NCBI GenBank assembly: GCA_965202585.1
Contig: OZ241832.1
Span: 52,576,001-52,640,000, forward strand
DNA from: Thalia democratica
Lineage: Eukaryota
DNA: 64,000 nt
Direction of reading: 5' to 3'
The position numbers and the translations under genes are program-made. Positions 63,165 to 64,000 of the stretch are shown here, piece after piece. The notes below the pieces were generated by a model. That model was not told the DNA's origin. It did not search any database and saw only the letters and a program-made list of their open reading frames with translations. Numbering within the stretch: the stretch's first letter is position 1; each line of letters begins with the position of its first letter.

Positions 63165-63307
63165 CTTGCAAAAGAAAAGAAGAAGAAAAAATTCCAGAGC
63201 AAGAATTACACGGACCAAAAAAACCAAGGCTGGTCTTCACTGACAAACAAAGAAAAAACTTACACGAAATATTCAAACAAAACAAAAGACCAAGCAAAGA
63301 AATGCAG
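63165..63307 (+). CDS. ONECUT: ONECUT coding exon 2 (linker plus N-terminal part of the homeodomain)
   Basis: CTTTTCACAG| (A)CKRKEEEKIPEQELHGPKKPRLVFTDKQRKNLHEIFKQNKRPSKEMQ |GTAAAA. In frame with exon 1 (G|CT = Ala) and matches the ONECUT ACKRKE...PKKPRLVFTD signature. Confidence 0.93.
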
Positions 63308-63736
63308 GTAAAAGTCACAGCAAATTTTTCTTTCAAATTAGTACTTCTTTTCAGTTAATTTAAACAGAAAAAAAAGTTTAAACTTTAAGATGTAGTAGTG
63401 TTTATAGAATTATTACCTACTAAACATATACAAGTAATATGATACCTTACTGTGGTTACATGACAATTCGAATCTAGATTATTCTTAGAAAAAACTAAGA
63501 GGCTATATCTCAACAAGTATATAAATTAAAAAAAAACGGTTTAAGGTCTAATAAATAAGATTATTATATTAAAAATAATAAAAAAAATATTCACTATTTT
63601 TTTTTTGTAATACTAAAGGTTACTATATTTAAAAACTTATTTTAGCCATGTCTCAAAATGTATTTATTTTTTATAAATAAAAAGCGTTTTTAAGTATTAC
63701 TTGATTAGTCGTGCATCCCCTTGCATTGAATAAGAA

Positions 63737-64000
63737 AACCTTACTATAAGGTAATTCACTACACAATTGTGATAGCTCACATAACCTTACTATAAGGTAG
63801 TTCGCTACACAATTTTGATAGCTCGCATAACCTTACTATAAGGTAGTTCACTACACAATTTTGATAGCTCACATATCCTTACTATAAGGTAGTTCGCTAC
63901 AAAATTTTGATAGCTCGCATAACCTTACTATAAGGTAGTTCACTACAAAATTTTGATAGCTCACATAACCTTACTATAAGGTAGTTCGCTACACAATTGT
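63737..64000. repeat. 46-bp minisatellite (5.7 units visible, runs off the window) with 92-bp dimeric alternation
   Basis: Unit AACCTTACTATAAGGTAGTTC(A/G)CTACACAATTTTGATAGCTC(A/G)CAT. Confidence 0.95.

Noticed and set aside
63737-64000. CRISPR-like array
   Set aside because: Units are contiguous with no unique spacers, and the context is eukaryotic.
1-64000. tRNA, rRNA, snRNA genes and telomeric arrays
   Set aside because: GTTCGA-containing sites (11663, 20094, 48694, 49550) lack cloverleaf or A-box context. No rRNA or tandem TTAGGG tracts were seen.

Overview
Very AT-rich animal (invertebrate-like) genomic DNA with spliceosomal introns; the taxon cannot be fixed from sequence alone. By hand-splicing I recover two conserved genes that the ORF track shows only in fragments. 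(1) Peroxisomal 2,4-dienoyl-CoA reductase DECR2 on the minus strand: seven coding exons, 19476 to 10337, with the terminal exon not found in the window. (2) A ONECUT/HNF6 CUT-homeobox gene on the plus strand: exon 51667-53554, a 9.6-kb intron, a homeodomain exon 63165-63307 that is absent from the ORF track, and the rest beyond the window. Three lineage-specific ORFs lie in between or nested: a RING-finger ORF (4056-5357) whose frame continues 63 codons past a single TGA, a 789-aa acidic repeat protein, and a 162-aa orphan. The remainder is rich in transposon relics: a Penelope-like GIY-YIG remnant, hAT remnants, TTAA-flanked elements, CAGGGTTGCCAC MITEs, a Tc1/mariner-type MITE, and five long foldback/hairpin structures. 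The most interesting observations are: a minimal hammerhead-ribozyme motif with a compensatory U3-A8 core change at the end of the Penelope relic; a 952-bp foldback with a 9-bp TSD whose loop shares a 20-mer with the loop of an unrelated hairpin; a PHD-finger fragment between foldback arms; serial duplication of DECR2 splice-donor junctions; opposite codon usage in the two ONECUT exons; and four identical TGTGACGTCAT (CRE-type) sites around ONECUT. No database searches or folding computations were run. All family calls rest on motif recognition, and comparisons to human genes are from memory.
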